Assembly: GCA_000934665.2 (NCBI GenBank)
Contig: KZ539031.1
Coordinates: 1 to 35,864, forward strand
Source: Catajapyx aquilonaris
Lineage: Eukaryota
Reading direction: 5' to 3'
Length of the DNA: 35,864 bases
Shown: piece after piece, positions 33,181 to 35,864 of the stretch
How the letters are laid out: every line of letters starts with the position of its first letter
Numbering within the stretch: position 1 is the first letter of the stretch
Notes under the pieces: model-generated
Seen by the model: only the letters and a program-made list of their open reading frames with translations
The model's database searches: none
What the model was told of the DNA's origin: nothing
Position numbers and translations under genes: made by a program

Positions 33181-35802
33181 CTGGACCGCATTCACCGGAT
33201 TGCACCAGCACCACCGTGCTGCACCAGCCCACTAGGGATGCATCTGATCAGCCTATTCTACTCAGCCTGACCACAAATCACTGTTGAACACCACCAGCAA
33301 TAAAGCAGGGGGCAGGACTCAGGGCCAAATTCTGCAGCCTCTCACCAACGTAATGTTTCTCTGGCACAGGTTGAAGGGTCAGGCCCAACCCCTCTTCAGG
33401 GGAATCTTCTCGTCCACTCTTCTTCCTTCCTTCCACTTTCGCCCTCTGGATATATATCTGGTTCCAGGTTCGTCCGCCTGGATGTGCTGCACCCTGCGCC
33501 TTTTCCTCTCTCTCGCCCGCTCTCGCCCGTCCTACTACACTTCCTCCCCCGCCCCACTCGTCCCACCGACCGACCTCCCTCGCCCTGCTAGCCTCCCCTC
33601 GGGTCTCCCCCTTTCACATGGGACCTGGCTGCGTCTTTGTAGCAAGACTCTTCTCAGTTGCGTCATACATATTGGGATGTAACACTGCGGCTTCTCCGCT
33701 AATGAGAGGCTGTGTGAGGGCAAGGAACTGTCGTGGAACTGTAGTTGAAGGGTTTCATACTGGATATGTGTCAGGTTGGCACCCCTGTTGGTTGTGCCAT
33801 TAAATCGGTTAAAATAATAATAATAATCACAGTACAGTGTACACAAAGAAAACTAATCAATGTTGGTTCAAAAGAGCTCTTGGTTCAATCAAATGATAAA
33901 GTGAATCCGTTGGCAATACTGCACCATAGCAGTAATTTGACTCATGAAAATAATAATAATCCCTTACGGCTCTGAGCTTCCTTGGCACGAAGTACTTGGT
34001 ATAAAGCATGAGGGGAGTAATATCATCTGCCAATTAGCTGTAAAATATTCAGATCAAGAGCTTGAACATCCCGCGTGCCCCGCAAAATAATTTCCAACAG
34101 GTGGCAGCACTGCCATTTTGAAAATAATTGCGGTCAAGTAGGCTATAAGTTGCCGAGTAGATTAGTAATCATCACCCTGATTTTTAAAACCCATTTATTA
34201 CCATTTTTGCAGAAAACATCTGCACGGTGTTTCGTTCAGAACTTTTTAAAAAATTAATTTAAAAAAAGGACCGAGAAAATCGAATAGGAATTTTAAAATC
34301 GGCAAAATACAACAATGAAAATAATATTGATGAGGGCGATGGACATGCCAAAGATGCCATTGAAATTATTCGTGCCTGATAAATAGGCATGCCCGAGCTA
34401 TCGAAATTGAGTCATGTAGTATGGAGGATTTGAACAAGTAATATCGCTGATAATATGGAACGGATGTTGTTTTACTTTCGGTCATAGGGAGGGCATAATG
34501 AATGGGACATTTCATCCCTCTACTATTACTGCGCTAAGATTAAAGGCTTTCGGTTTACACAGGTCGAAAACAAGGGTGTGTGTTTTGACGAAGTGGCCGC
34601 GATAACTCAACCCGATATGAAACGTTCTTTTCCAAGTAGGACAAAATTGCCTTAAAATTGACTGTATATGATTTTAAACGGGTTTCCATGAGGTAAGTAG
34701 TAGCAGATAATTAAAATTCGACAAATTCTGCAATTATTTGTCGTGATATCAAAATGTGCGTATACCTTCGAAATACGTACATAAATTTTTGCCTTACATG
34801 AACAAAAGTGGTAAATTTTAAAAGTAGACTATCTTTTGTAAATCATCTGGCTAAAACATTATTTTCAAAATGTTGTTCTTGTGTGTTAGGAAGTAGAAAT
34901 ACTTGCGTTATGGCTCCTAAGCCGAATCACCTGCGAGCCATTATACAGCATAAGCGCAACCTAGCAATTTCCTCACACTGGGACAGCAGCAGGAAGTGAA
35001 GGCGTATCCCACATGATCTATTGCAAAGGGCAAAGGAGAAGGAAGAAAGGAATCTGCTGTATAGTCACCTCGAAAAGACAGCTTGGAGCTGACCTGGGAA
35101 GCACAAAATAGCAAGTCAGGTTGGCCTCTACCGGGAATCGAACGTGGAACAATCCTAACTACATCTATAGCCATTAGACTATACTTCCTTAATAACGGTT
35201 CCTGCATTGCCACTTTAAATGTGGTTAATAATGATAGCCTAAACTGAATAGTAAAAGTTATACGGTCGTGCTGTAACTAAAGTAGCATGTGGACAAAAAA
35301 TTATGCATATGACTGAGATTCACTGAATAATTATCTACTGTCGTTAATTATTTAAACACCAATATTTCAACAGATTGTATAGCATAGGAGCTCTGTTCAT
35401 GTTTCAATGAAGTTGCTGACACTGTGCATATCAAGTTGGCGGATTGACCTTCCCGCTGGCATATTATACACATACAGGTAGGTCTACTAGTGGGGTTTTT
35501 ATTGCACTCTATTGAGTCGGAAATAGGTTATTTAACAAAATTACAGCGACCGCCATTATGTGACAAACTCGTAAATAAAGATGTAGGGGAAAATTCCATA
35601 AACGTCGACCCTTCCTTTCACCATACCTGAACAATTTTCGATCTAAATGAAATTAATGTAGATGAAACAAATGATCCGCAAATATTGGACTTTACACTCA
35701 CTTAAAATCATATACATATTCGCTATAGAATCGGAGATATGGCTTGCATAATTTGGAATTGTGTACAGCATGACCTCCATTTTGAAATATTAATTATACA
35801 AT

Positions 35803-35864
35803 CAGTGGCGGAAATAGGGGTGTGCAGGGAGTGCAGCAGCAGGGGGGGGGTCCGAAGCAAGGGG
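35803..35864. mobile_element. Start of a probable hAT-like MITE (truncated by the window edge)
   Basis: CAGTGGCGGA terminus followed by G-rich subterminal sequence; other end not visible. Confidence 0.4.

Noticed and set aside
33181..33195. ORF-track N-terminal extension MNAVQ
   Set aside because: Starts at GTG, a prokaryote-style call; the first in-frame ATG is at 33180.
32416..33270. Plus-strand ORFs of 155, 128 and 90 aa
   Set aside because: Antisense shadows of the GC-rich Cbl first coding exon, with no recognisable motifs.
34960..35200. Possible degenerate tRNA-derived SINE (GTTCGATTCCCGG on the minus strand)
   Set aside because: Only a B-box-like motif is visible; no clear A box, tail or TSD.

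Overview
Eukaryotic, intron-rich genomic DNA, probably arthropod (inferred from protein and repeat character). It contains the complete coding region of a Cbl-family E3 ubiquitin ligase on the minus strand: ATG at 33180, TKB (4H-EF-SH2), linker, C3HC4 RING, Pro/Ser-rich tail and UBA, stop at 3488. Ten exons splice in frame with GT-AG boundaries to give 801 aa. An alternative terminal exon at 19593-19613 gives a 467-aa short form, like the Drosophila Cbl-S/Cbl-L arrangement. Two candidate in-frame 54-nt cassette exons lie at 8014-8067 and 6601-6654. The introns are densely filled with non-autonomous, often near-palindromic DNA transposons (TA, TAA, TTAA, AATT and 9-bp target duplications), tRNA-derived SINEs and microsatellites, and a 5'-truncated RTE-like LINE lies downstream. 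Both presumed 3' UTRs lack recognisable repeats. I found no convincing new biological system. The best leads are isoform/micro-exon structure, long intronic fold-backs around the long-isoform exons, and several informative transposon architectures. All coordinates were read by eye.
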